Shown here: positions 13,256 to 25,121 of the stretch, piece by piece | Layout of the letters: every line of letters starts with the position of its first letter | How positions within the stretch are numbered: position 1 is the stretch's first letter | Assembly: GCF_006345805.1 (NCBI RefSeq) | Contig: NC_043009.1 | Location: 21,886,001-21,950,000, forward strand | Reading direction: 5' to 3' | From: Octopus sinensis | Lineage: Eukaryota | DNA length: 64,000 nucleotides | Program-made: the position numbers and the translations under genes | The notes under the pieces: model-generated | What the model was told of the DNA's origin: nothing | What the model saw: the letters and a program-made list of their open reading frames with translations, nothing else | The model's database searches: none

Positions 13256-13892
13256 ATTTTTTTTAACTCATTAATTACATGCTATTTTGTTGTGTCTAGG
13301 GAGAATCATCATACCAATGTAATTAACACACACACACTGGTTTGATTCCACACAGTGACCATTGTTATAGAGGCTGTGTTTGTTTGTTTGTTTGCTTGAG
13401 ATTTTGCTGTGTAAGTGCATGCCCCTATAATGGACTAAATGGTCATTGTGAAGGTTGCAAAAAGCAACAAGAGCTTTGACAAACAAAAACAAAACAATCA
13501 GATATTTAGTAAATGAGTGGAATTGAACCAGTGTGTGTGTGTGTTAAATATATTGGCATGACAACTCTCCCTAGATATAACAAAATTTGTTTCAATACAC
13601 AAATTCAAATAAAGAATCTTGCAAACCAGATACAAAAACGAAATTACATGATGTTGTTTATGGCTTAATCTAAGGCAGCAAGCCGACAGAACTGTTGGCA
13701 CACCGGGAAAAATGCTTAGCGGCATCTCGTCCCATCTCTATGTTCTGAGATCAAATTCCGGATTTTGATATCTATGGAATGGATTTCCTCTACAGACCAA
13801 TCAAGTATCCCAACTGTTGGGATCAGCACTGGTACTGCAAATGCATTGTGGGATATTGTTTTCTGCCATATTTTCCTATGTATGTGTATATA

Positions 13893-14403
13893 TCTATATA
13901 TCTAAAACTGTAGTTGTGTGAGTGTCTGTCCCCTTCAATTTAGATTCCTAACTACTCCCACATTTTGCGGTGCAGTTTAACCAAATTCGGGTACCTTATA
14001 GTCGTGATTAATATCGAGCCCGTCTGAGTATTAGTGCGCGTCTACGATGAGTCTACGATTTTAAAAATAATTTAACATCATTTTTTATTCCATTTTAATG
14101 CATAATTTTTCGTGTCGATGGCGGCGGAGTTGGCGTCCATGGTCAAACCTGCACCTGTTTGCTTCTCCCCCTTCTTCCCTCTCTCGTGAAGCTGTGAGGA
14201 AGGGAGTGTAAGGAAATCAACGTCGTAAAGCGTTGTCAAGGAGACCAGCGTTCTTTTAGAACAACGACTTCATGGCTTGAAGACACCAAAACAGAAATGG
14301 CTAAGAAAGCCCGAATCGGCATCTATAAGGGAAGTAACTCTCTAAAAATGCTTATATAGTTATTTCCCTTACAAACCCGAGCAACGCCAGGCGATACTGC
14401 TAG
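13893..14403 (+). mobile_element. Non-autonomous Helitron, tandem copy 1
   Basis: 5' TC(TATATATCTAAAACTG); 3' GC-rich hairpin cccgagcaacgccagg followed by CTAG; A|T insertion context. Confidence 0.75.
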
Positions 14404-14407
14404 TATA

Positions 14408-14911
14408 TCTATATATATAAAACTGGTTGTGTGAGTGTCTGTCCCCTTCGATTTAGATTCCTAACTACTCCCACATTTTGCGGTACAGTTTAACCAAATT
14501 CGGGTATCTTATAGTCGTGATTCATATCGAACCCTTCTGGGTATTAGCGCGCGTCTACGATGAGTCTACGATTTTAAAAATAATTTAACATCATTTTTTA
14601 TTCCATTTTAATGCATAATTTTTCGTGTGTCGATGGCGGCGGAGTTGGCGACCACGCTCACACCTGTGTTGGTTCTCCCCCTTCTTCCCTCCCTCGTGAA
14701 GCTGTGGGGAAGGGAGTGTAAGGAAATCAACGTCGTAAAGCATTGTCAAGGAGACCAGCGTTCTTTTAGAACAACGACTTCATGGCTTGAAGACACCAAA
14801 ATTACCATCATTTTTTATTCCATTTTTAATGCATTTTTTGCTATAACTCACTAAAATGCTTATATAGTTATTTCCCTTACAAACCCGAGCAACGCCGGGC
14901 GATACTGCTAG
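14408..14911 (+). mobile_element. Non-autonomous Helitron, tandem copy 2
   Basis: Head-to-tail with copy 1 after a 4-nt TATA spacer; 5' TC; 3' hairpin cccgagcaacgccggg followed by CTAG. Confidence 0.78.
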
Positions 14912-15735
14912 TATATATATATAGGGAGAGAGAGAGAGAGAGAGATTAACCATAACCCAAACGCACAAAGCCAAAAGACAGATGAGCATCGAACCATGTC
15001 TCCGTTCAGATTCAAAAACCCACTGGAATTATTCTGCCTTTCACGTTTTTCTGCTTTTTTTTTTAAATGGGCAATGAAATATTTACCAGTAGTATACTTA
15101 GGAACAATCAGTTAGGTATATTTGCTGTTCAAACATTGGATTAAACCTATATCCAACCTTTATGTTTTCGCTCTACAAAAATATTTAATAAATGCATAAG
15201 TCAACGTTTGGACAATAAAAAGAAAAGAAAATAAACACACGCAAGCTCGTAGAATTATACGCACGCGCTAAAGTTAGAGCCTCTACGTAGGCATTGGACC
15301 TGCTAGAAATATCAATCAATGCTCCCTCAATATACATTCTATTGTTCTGAGAGAAAGCAAAAGGAGAAGGAAGGAAGGCACGTTGGACAGTGCAGTCATA
15401 GATGCGAAATGATTGAGATGGAAGGAACGTGGTGATGAGAATTTCAATGCCTTTGATCAGATGCTTGCTCCGTTAGGGCGGTTGACTCGGGGATAACCGA
15501 ACAATAACAACAATAGCCATAATTATCAAAGAGAAACATTCGTAAAAATAGACAGATGGTTTCATAAAATTATCCTTTGTCCACTCCTTCCTTCGACCAC
15601 ATTTATAGATATAAAACTCATGTACACAATTAACTCGCAAAGGTAAACAGACGAAGGAATGATCTCAGTGACAAATAAAGTGGAGAAGGTCATTGGAAGC
15701 AGTGGTTTTAAGCAGAAAAAATAACGAGTACATAC

Positions 15736-15856
15736 CTCGCTCTTTGCGTCCATTAAGAAATCCTAAGTTTGGATCGAAAGTCGGAGGGTTTTTATGGTCC
15801 GGGGCGAGTTCTGGATGCATAAATTCAAAGACAACATGACCAGCAGCATTTCCCAT
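15736..15856 (-). CDS. NDUFB7: NDUFB7 exon 1
   Basis: MGNAAG...PTFDPNLGFLNGRKER; G|gtatgt donor (phase 1); N-terminal MG consistent with myristoylated B18; spliced product is 128 aa. Confidence 0.95.
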
Positions 15857-16099
15857 ACTGACAGAGCCGAGGTCACAATTGCAACACGAAGGCAAGAACG
15901 GGAGAGCTTCACAACTAAAGGGAGACAATTAACTAACACGAAAGGCTTATTTTGGGATTATATCCCTTTAACCGATTCTCTTGTGAACCAAGTTTGATAG
16001 TCTTTAATTCTAATGTTTTATACTGACAATTCTTTATTTTATAACATTGAAGAGTTACATAATCACTTTTCGAAATGCAATTCATGGTGTCTGATTATA

Positions 16100-16172
16100 T
16101 TGTGAGTTTTCTCTTGTAAATCAATTTCTGGGAACCCGTGAATAGATAAAAAATTCGTGTTGTTTATGAATA
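16100..16172 (+). mobile_element. Mariner transposase 5' part, interrupted by the Gypsy element
   Basis: Encodes KIRVVYE, which joins 22119+ once the insertion and one TSD copy are removed; left boundary approximate. Confidence 0.7.
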
Positions 16173-16441
16173 TGTGGTTGTGGTGTATGCGAGAGATTCG
16201 AAATAAAGGCACCTACCTTCTCTTCGCTCAGATGGAGATCCTTCAACGGTAATGGATCCTTCAACACAACCCGACCCGAACGCTAGAAATAGCAGCCGCT
16301 TCTCCCAACTTTAACAACGTGCTGACCCCGTCTTACTCGCTCGGCGACCTCCGTCGAAGAAAGGCAGAATCCTGCTCTACCTGCGCGCGTGTTACTGCTG
16401 CCCCTTCCGGTCAGCTCCCCAGCTGCTGACGTCATCCCACA
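16173..16441 (-). repeat. 3' LTR of the Gypsy element
   Basis: Direct repeat of 21856-22118; about 14 substitutions over the 258-nt shared core, counted by eye. Confidence 0.9.
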
Positions 16442-16551
16442 CGCCACCCTGATCTTAAAGATCACAATCTCTCTACTCCATGTCGTAGTCCACCATCCAA
16501 CCGGGAGAGCACCTTGAGCGTCGAGATCTTCTCAAGCTAGGCACCTCGTTC

Positions 16552-17790
16552 GGTAAAATTACAGATTAACACCCGCACGATTTTCACTAAGAAAAAAAAA
16601 AAAAACTCGGATTTTTTGCGTGGAATCAAGTACCCTGACCTCCTAATATGCTGCAAATCCCATATTTTGGTCCGGAATTGCTCCGGAAGGGGGGGGGGGG
16701 TAACCCCCCCCCGAATTTTCACAAGGGAAAAAAAAACCCCCTCAGATTTCTTGCGTGGAATCAAGTACCCTGACCTCCTAATATGCTGCAAATCCCATAT
16801 TTTGGTCCGGAAAGGGGGGGGTATCACCCCCCCCCCGGAATTTTCACATGGAAAAAAAAATCAGATTTTTTGCGTGGAATCAAGTAACCTGACCTCAAAA
16901 ACAAAAAAAAAACCCGAATTTTTTAGATACCTTTCTGCTTTTTAAGACAATAAAGTGTTATTGGAGGGAAATCTGGCTGCTATTTCTAGCTGCCTGAATG
17001 ACAACATAGCGATTTACAGATAAATGAATTAATTACTATTTTAATGAATTAATTACTATTTTAATGAATTAATTATATAAATTAAATAATTCTTGAAAAT
17101 TAATTAATATTAATAATATTTTTTGAACAAAGTAAATAATTTTTAAAACTTGAATAATAATTTTTTTTTACACAAACGCGAACGTATATAACGCGCAAAA
17201 TTATTCCGTAGAATTTATCAAATTAAAAAACGCAAAATTAATATATTTTTTGAAATTGCAAATTATTTAGAATATAAAAATATACAAAAATAAAACAAAT
17301 GAAGTTAAGTTTAAAAATAAATGTGATACCTATGCTCTGTAAGTTGCTTCTTTTGTCCAATTAATATAATATATCAATAATTTGTTCACACTTCAATTTA
17401 CTATTTTCTAGAATTTATATAATTAATTCATTAAAATAGTAATTAATTCATTTATCTGTAAATCGCTATGTTGTCATTCAGGCAGCTAGAAATAGCAGCC
17501 AGATTTCCCTCCAATAACACTTTATTGTCTTAAAAAGCAGAAAGGTATCTAAAAAATTCGGTTTTTTTTTTTGTTTTTGAGGTCAGGTTACTTGATTCCA
17601 CGCAAAAAATCTGATTTTTTTTTCCATGTGAAAATTCCGGGGGGGGGGGGGTTGCCCCCCCCCTTTCCGGACCAAAATATGGGATTTGCAGCATATTAGG
17701 AGGTCAGGGTACTTGATTCCACGCAAAAAATCCGAGTTTTTTTTTTTTTTCTTAGTGAAAATCGTGCGGGTGTTAATCTGTAATTTTACC
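16552..17790. mobile_element. Foldback-type non-autonomous DNA transposon with long modular TIRs (Merlin- or MULE-like)
   Basis: Termini GGTAAAATTACAG.../...CTGTAATTTTACC; ~370-bp matching arms with internal repeats; AT-rich centre; imperfect 8-bp TSD cctcgttc/tctcattc. Confidence 0.8.
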
Positions 17791-20700
17791 TCTCATTCTC
17801 CCCCTCTCCACAATCGTCGTCCGTCGAAGTGACAATCCTGCGAAGGTCCAAGACGTGTCGTGGCATTCCATCCACAGAGACGTTGTTTCTGGAATTGACC
17901 GCCGTCACCGTTCCTCTACACCATTGAGACGTACAGCGCGCCTTTGGTGGCTTAACCCAGACTTCCTCCCCTATTTTCACGCAAGCGAGTCCCTTCTCTT
18001 CCTCGTGGACCTCCGGCGCTTTACTCGGGTACCTCCATTCATATTTAAATACAGCTCTCTGCGGCACAGATTCTTCAGCTTCTACCAAAAAACTGCTTCA
18101 AGCGGCGAAATGTGCCCTCTTTCCGCTATGGCCTTGACTGTCCGATGGTGCCTCTCTACGATCACGTTACCGCTCGGCCTATACGCTGCTCTGAACAAGC
18201 GACGCACCTTCCACCGGTCAAGCATATTCCTCAATGCTTCCGAACGAAACGCCACCCCGTTGTCCATTAGCAGTTCTTCCACGGGACCTCTCTCTAAAAA
18301 TATCCCGTTCAAGATCTGCGCAATCTCGTCAGCAATGCCTGTTCTCAACTCCCTCCAAATGGCCAGCCGGCCCGGCCCGCAGTCGACCATGGAGAGATAC
18401 ATTCCCTGATGGTAGTGCGTCACATCCACAGCTAGCCTTTTCCAGTTATGCTCCACCGGAAGGTTTCCCTGATCATGCCCACATGGAGCAGGGTCAATGG
18501 ACTGACACCTGTCGCAGCTTCTGACCACTTTCCGGATGCTTCTCCTAGTGACGTCAGCATCAATTTTCTTCGCCAGATAGCATGCAATCTCTTCAGTTCA
18601 GAGTCATCCAACCGACACGCCGCAGCTATCCCTTTCCGGGCCTCCACCGGTTCCTCCAACCACGCCCTTTTCACCCTGGTCAGTGCGTCCGTCCTGTTTT
18701 TCTCCGAAGGCACGAAAACCACGTTCAGCTTCAGTCCGAAACTCAGCAATCAATTCTCCTATAACTCCTAGACGGCGCTTCACCAATATCGTGGCACCTT
18801 TCGTCCGAATTCTCCTTTCACCGGTGATCACCGATCCTACCCAGCCAAGCGCAGTGGCCGAATCCGTCCGGATTTCAATTGTGCGCAGCCCCCATTTCAG
18901 GGCCAAGTTCACCCCTTTTCAGCACCGCGTCTAATTCGGTGACATTGATGTGTTTGAAGTTGTAGTGATACTATAACGGTGCGCGCGCGCACACCGTCCA
19001 TTTTCTATTTCACGCGTGTTGGTGCCTTCACCAAGGCACAGAAAGGAAGGGCCCTCTCGCGCATGCGCGAACCACCAGAAGCACGACCCTTTTGCCTACC
19101 TGGTGGTTAGCCAAGGTAAGGGGGTCGTAGAACGTTTGACCGCTGGCAGCAGCAGCGGCGACTTGGGACAGCAGCGATTGAAGGAGACGGTCACGCATAT
19201 TTTCTCTCCGTTCGAACTTGCTTCTAGCAGTCCTTACCAAAAGGCCTTTAACCTGGATTGTTGCAGACATCATCTTCTTCCTCCGGACGCCATTTTGACC
19301 CTTTCTGTTTTGGCGGCTGAACATTGTAAATATTACAATCGATTAACTTTCAGCCTTGCGCGCCCCGAACCAAGGACATCAGATAACTACTTATTGTTAT
19401 TGTTACCAAGAAAGAGAATAAAGTAGTATATATATATATTTTACGTCTGCGTCTTGTTTCTGACTAGTAGAATTCTGGATTATTAAAGCAACGAAAAGTG
19501 ATTGCTTTCTTGTACCCCGAAAGTACAAGAGAAGATATTCACTCACACTAAGTTCGTTACAAAGTCATCTGCTTTCCAAAGCCAGGCCGCGTCCTCCACC
19601 GCAGCGCCTTCGATCGCCAACACAACCCCTATTGCTATACTGCCAGCATCACACCAGACGGTCCCGCATTCCGTCTTGGGCACGTACCAGTTCTCCCTGA
19701 CCGGGTCTTCCGCTCTCGTCCTCTCTAGGATTTCCTGCATCATCGCCACCGTCCCTTCTCCCACCTTGTTGCCCCAACTCTCCCCCTCCGCTCGTCTCTT
19801 GGTGTAACTGCACGCCGTGCGCAGCCATCAAGCGATCAGGTAGTGACCGACCAACTTCCCACACACCGAGAACAGCTCTCTCCTGCTGACGCTGAAACTC
19901 AGCTCTGGGATTTCATTCCCTCTCCGGAACACCAACTCACCCGATCTATCTCTTCGCAGCTTCAGCCCCAGTGCGGCTCCCCCTTCCATCGACTCCGGTG
20001 GCTTCGCAATCAGTCGGAACTTCTCCAGATGTCTACCTCGTTGGCTGGCACTAGTGCTGTCCACCAAAATGTCGTCAATGTAGGAGCTGGTGGCCTCTCT
20101 AATCTTGCCGTCTTTCCCTAGGACGGACTTAAGCAGTGCCGCCATGATCTTCGGAGCGGAATTCAGTCAGAAACCCAGCCTGGTTAAACAGTACGTCCGG
20201 CCTTTTACTGCACCAGCTGATATCGCCACAGTTTGTCGCTCACATGGAGCTGCAAGTATGCCGATTTCAAGTCGTTAATCGTCGCTGCCTTGGTCGACTG
20301 TCTCCACGCACGTAACGTCTCGCCACAAACGTCTGTCGCCTCCCCTCCCGTGTGACACGATATATGCTGGTCTAGCTCCCTGAAGTCCAGCACCGGTCTG
20401 ACTTTTCCCTTCGTAGGCTGCACCACCACCATCAGGGGTAGCACTCCGCCTGCTACCCCCTCCTCCCAAGGGACAAGGACCCCTTCCTCGATCCACCTCT
20501 CCACCTCGTCTTCAAACTCGACCCTGGCGTGGCCTTTCAGGGTGTGCTGGTAGCAGCTCACTCTGTTTTTCAGCATCGGAGGCTCGTCCTTCCATCGCCA
20601 CTCTATCGTCCACCGCTGACCATCGAACGCCACCTGAAAATCTTTATCCTCGATGGTGTAAGCGGTGCAGTCCCTCGCGGGGCTCTGCTCTCTCTGGCGA

Positions 20701-21000
20701 TCCTGACTCGCAGTGCACGACGCCCCCACGCTTCCGAACGTGACCTCTTCTCCCACAATACTGACGCCACCGAGGCGGTTGATGGCATCCATCACCACAT
20801 CAACCCCATCTATCACGCGTTCGGCCACAATTACCTGCAGCCTTAGCGTGGCGCCGCGCACCACTATCTCTACCTTGCTGCTGCCTTTGCAACGGATTTC
20901 GCTGCCGTCGACCGCCCGGACGCTACTTGCCCCGTTCCATTTCTTCGTCACCCTTGAAGTCACAAGGGTGGTCGTGCAGCCCGTGCCACGAGGGCCTTGA
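17791..21000 (-). pseudogene. Gypsy pol (protease, RT, RNase H, integrase), frameshifted and interrupted
   Basis: TGCTTTLVT protease remnant; KVRPVLDFREL, DLKSAYLQL and SYIDDILV (RT); WCDAGSIAIG and TDSATAL (RH); AVDVTHY...MDNG...GNVIVERHHRTVK (rve). Confidence 0.9.
18961..19561. mobile_element. Solo LTR of a second family inserted in the Gypsy RNase H
   Basis: TGTA...TACA ends; 4-bp TSD AAGT (18957-18960 and 19562-19565); removal restores DD-FKHINVTELDAVLK. Confidence 0.88.
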
Positions 21001-21054
21001 ACGTCTTCCCCTCGGCCTCCACATCAATTAATGGCAGCGTCTCCAAAAGCGCCT

Positions 21055-21820
21055 CTACTCGTTTGCGGGAAAAGTTCGAGAGGCAGCAACTTCCCCGCGG
21101 TCGTTTCCCTGGTCGCAATCACGGGCGATGTGCCCTGTCTGCCAGCATCGATAGCAAACGTGCCCCGGTTGCGTATACTCCCTCGCCATGTGCGACCCCT
21201 GACATCTAAAACACCGACTTGAGAACGGCCGCTGTCGTTGCACGGTGGGCTTCTGCACGTCTTTCTCCATCCGTCGTCCGTCTTTACGTACCTCCGTTAC
21301 CGCCATCGCTATCGCCTTCCACCCAGAGTGCCGCGTCAACACGCGGGCTTGAGTCACAAGTTCGCTCAGCGCCATCTTTTTACTCTCGGGCAATTGTTGT
21401 AGGTGAATCCCTACATCGTCGGGGAACCCATTTACGAACGCCAGTCGCGCTGCTCTCTCCAGCCCTTCTCCTGTAAACCCAACCAGCGTCGCTAACCTTC
21501 GAACTTCTGCCGCGTATTCGTCCACCTGTCCTCCTGTCCATCTAATCGTACCCAGCTTAGCAAAAGCTGTGTACTCACACTCTGTGTAGGCATCCCTCAG
21601 ACGTTGCTCTATCTTTTCCGCGCTCAGACGTTCTTCCTCGTCCATCTCGTCCATATAGCGTCAACGCGCTCCCTTCCAAATACAGCGTCATAAGACTTGC
21701 CACATCGCTTATACCTTGCAGTCTTGCCACCAGCCTGATTTTACACATCCAGGCCACTACATCGCCTTCACCATTAAAGGGTCTGATGATGTCGCTGGCG
21801 ATCCTGATTTTCGCTGCCAT
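21055..21820 (-). pseudogene. Gypsy gag (frameshifted)
   Basis: PFNGEGDVVAW...YLEGSALTLY capsid-like segment; two CCHC knuckles CFRCQGSHMAREY (degenerate) and CYRCWQTGHIARDC. Confidence 0.85.
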
Positions 21821-21855
21821 CGTGGTGACGTCTTATATGGAGCGCCGAAATATCT

Positions 21856-22118
21856 TGAGGTGTATGCGAGAGATTCGAAATTAAGGCACCTACCTTCTCT
21901 TCGCTCAGATGGAGACCTTTCAACAGTAATGGATCCTTCAACACAGCCCGACCCGAACGCTAGAAATAGCAGCTGCTTCTCCCAACCTTAACAACGTGCT
22001 GACCCCGTCTTACTCTCTCGGTGACCTCCGTCGAAGAAAGGCAGAATCCTGCCCTACCTGCGTGCGCGTCACTGCTGCCCCTTCCGGTCAGCTCCCCAGC
22101 TGTTGACGTCATCCCACA
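21856..22118 (-). repeat. 5' LTR of the Gypsy element
   Basis: Direct repeat of 16179-16441, immediately upstream of gag. Confidence 0.9.
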
Positions 22119-22430
22119 GAATATGAGTTCTGTCGTGGAACCAATGCATCCCAGACAGCTCAAAACATAAATGAGGTGTTTGGTGAAGATGTGGCGAACG
22201 AGCGCACTGTACATCGATGGTTTGAGAAGTTCCGGTCTGGTGACTTTACTCTTGAAAATTAGCCCTGTGGTAGAGCTGAGACCAAGGTGGATAATGATGA
22301 GCTGGAAACTGGGCAATCTTTTGTTTCCAAGTAGAACAATTAGAGAAGAAGTGTATATCAGGTCATTTAGAATGAAATGTCTGATTTTGAACTGAAAGTT
22401 TAATTTACTTTATCTCAACAAAAAGCAATG
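22119..22430 (+). mobile_element. Mariner transposase HTH part, continuing after the Gypsy insertion
   Basis: EYEFCRGTNASQTAQNINEVFGEDVANERTVHRWFEKFRSGDFTLEN*PCGRAETKVDNDELE is a Mos1/Hsmar-type N-terminal HTH; internally deleted. Confidence 0.8.
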
Positions 22431-22719
22431 CAGTGCACCTAAATTATCAGCATAATTTTTACTATTTTTATCGGTAGCTTATACACACTTGTCCAGTTCC
22501 TTTACCTTGTCGATTTGTTTCATATATGGTCCAATACAGTTGGAATCGAAACATCAAGCCTTGTTGCTAACTCACGCGTATTTTGAGATATATCCATTTC
22601 CGCTACAGTTTCCGGTTTAGTCAATGCCATGAGGACAATTTCAGACAAGCCGTGAAGGTGGTGGCCATTTTATTTATTTTATTTTCAATTGTAATGTTCA
22701 GTATGTACCCTTCTCTCCC

Positions 22720-22880
22720 CCCTTCTCCTCATCATCAGCAACAGCAACAGCAGCATCCTCATCATCATCGCCGTCGTCATTCTCATCATCATCATCTCCC
22801 CCATTACCACCATCATCATTACCACCACCACCACCACTGTCAATCGCCTTCACTGCCGATACCACCACCACCACCATTAT

Positions 22881-22911
<31 letters not shown>

Positions 22912-22965
22912 AGCAGCGATGACAACAACAATGATGCTGCTGACGACGATGACAATGATGATGAT
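22720..22965. repeat. Compound trinucleotide microsatellite (CAT/CAC/CAG/GAT)
   Basis: Read directly; it accounts for the low-complexity ORFs at 22583-23121. Confidence 0.9.
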
Positions 22966-22983
22966 GCAACTTGTTGATCCCTG

Positions 22984-23967
22984 TGTAGGAATACGACCGT
23001 ATGTGAGGAGGTTGGTGACATAGGTTTCCTTTGTAAGCCACACGGTCGCATCCCTAACAAAATAAGATAAGCCATTATACAACTTATACAACAGTGCCAA
23101 CAGAATATAAATGAATGACAAGCCGTTCCACTGTTTGAGAGAAAATAAGATTTTATTTACAAGGTGTTAAGGTTAGAGGGTTGTGAGTGCTTGCCAGTGT
23201 TGTGTATGTGTGCATGCATCAAGTGTTTGTGTATGTGTATTCGTGTGTGTTATAAGAGTGAACTTAGAGAACAAATAGAAATGTCCAGACACAAGATAGA
23301 GATAAATACCAGTTCGTAAGGTACACAATAGTAGTTCGTTCTGTGTCAATGAAGTTGGGGGAAAGAGGAGAGCAGTTACTACGCGTGTAGAAGTTGGGGC
23401 TTCAATCCATTTGTCAGGTTACATCGGTACAGAACATTTCGCCGGTAGAGTTGTGCTGTTAACCTTGGTGTGTATACACGAACAGCGTGTAAGCTAAACT
23501 TGAGCGAGTTGCTGTGTACATATCGTTGAGGTCGACGGTGGTGAAGGCGACGGTAGAGAACGGTGACAGTGGTGGAGACGTCCTGCGTTGCTGGTGTATG
23601 TTGGCATCGTCGCTGGCTGTAGCAGGAACATGGCTGGTGTGGTCGTCGCTGGAACTGGCTGCTCTGTGGTGGTGTGGTCAATGGCCGAAGACCAAAGACC
23701 CGGAATGATAAATTCTGAGGCATTTTAAAGCATTCTAGAGGCTCCCGAAGAACATCCAAAAGACTGTGTCATGTGACCTTATCCTAAGGCCGTGATTAGT
23801 TGGCTTTGGGCAGTGGCGCGAAATAAAGTAGAGACAAACGGCGTCACATGTCAACCAATCAGATCAGTGGACACAACAGGAACAACCCAGCCAAAGATGG
23901 CTGTAATCTCAAACGAGATCATTCCTGTTGTGTCTCTCAAACAGTGAGGATATCAGCTACCGCTACA
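22984..23967. mobile_element. Probable solo LTR of about 1 kb
   Basis: TGTAG...CTACA ends; near-TSD cctg/cttg; AATAAA on the minus strand near 23155; no coding capacity. Confidence 0.6.
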
Positions 23968-24179
23968 CTTGCAATTATGTCTGGAATTTGATTTTGATGA
24001 GAGGAAGCAGAATATACCTTACACAACTATTCCAGTTTATTCTGGTCCTCAACAGTCATGTTTGAAATATTTCTCTTTATCATCATCACCACCATGATGA
24101 TGATGATGATCATTATTATTGAAGCTAGCATGATCCACTGGATGTGTGATGTCAGTGTCCATGCACGACAGTGTAAGCG

Positions 24180-24892
24180 CCCTGAGAGAAATGTTGGACA
24201 TAAGAAGCATGTGACGTGCAGGAGATTCGTTTGCGTTGGTATGGTCATGTACTACGGATGGATGAGGAGAGATGTGTGAAGAAGTTCCACTCCCAGACTG
24301 TTGAAGGAATCCGGGGTAGAGGTAGACTCAGGAAGATATGGGATGAGGTGGTCAAGCATGACCTTCGTACGTTGGGCCTCACAGAGGCTATGACGAAAGA
24401 CCAAGACCTCTGGAGATATGCTGTGACTTCGAAGACCTGACAAATGAAGTGAGTTTATGGCTCGCAGGACGGCCTGCTGTGCTAACCTTGGATCGTAGGG
24501 TGACCCGCTGTGCTTGAGGACCTATTGAGTCAAGTACGTCAGCACCAACATCAAAAGAAAAATCAAATGGAAATTGTAGTTAATATACCCTTGCCAGTGG
24601 CACGAAAAAAGCATCACCCGAACGTGACTGATGCCAGCGCCGCGTGACTGACATCCGTGTTGGTGGCACATAAAAAGCAACCTCCAATCATGGCCGATGC
24701 CAACTCCTCTGGTCCCTGTGCTGGTGGCATGTAAAAAGCACCCACTACACTCTTGGAATGGTTGGCATTAGGAAGGGCATCCAGCTGTAGAAACACTGCC
24801 AGATCAGACTGGAGCCTAGCGCAGCCTCCTGGCTTCCCAGACCCCAGTCGAACCGTCCAACCCATGCTAGCATGGAAAACAGACGTTAAACG
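24180..24892 (+). mobile_element. RTE LINE 3' fragment with 3' UTR
   Basis: RLRWYGHVLRMDEERCVKK...GRGRLRKIWDEVVK; 3' UTR matches 38230-38690. Shorter 3'-UTR copies lie near 1600, 2740, 6140, 50020 and 57360. Confidence 0.85.
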
Positions 24893-25121
24893 ATTATTAT
24901 TATTATTATTATTATTATTTCTTCTCGAGCGGACGGATGTGTCTCCAGAAGCTGCATAAGTTTTGCACCATTTCTGTTGGAAATTTGTTTAAAAGTGTAA
25001 ATATTTTTGGACTAACTTCTTGTGGAGCTAGTTGGCTAGGCAAAATTTTACCCCATTGGGGGTAAAATTTTCGTTTGAAATATTGACTTTTTAAAATTAC
25101 ATTCACATACATATTGAAAAA

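Larger units (their letters stand above)
16173..22118 (-). mobile_element. Full-length degenerate Ty3/Gypsy LTR retrotransposon
   Basis: TG...CA ends; 5-bp TSD GAATA (16168-16172 and 22119-22123); two LTRs; gag-PR-RT-RH-IN order on the minus strand. Confidence 0.92.

Noticed and set aside
16282-16293. GCTAGAAATAGC, identical to part of the SpCas9 sgRNA scaffold
   Set aside because: Only 12 nt match, the flanks are unrelated, and it sits inside LTR and foldback repeats. There is no CRISPR array or cas gene.
22583-23121. His/Gln/Asp-rich ORFs
   Set aside because: Translations of trinucleotide microsatellites; open on both strands for that reason.
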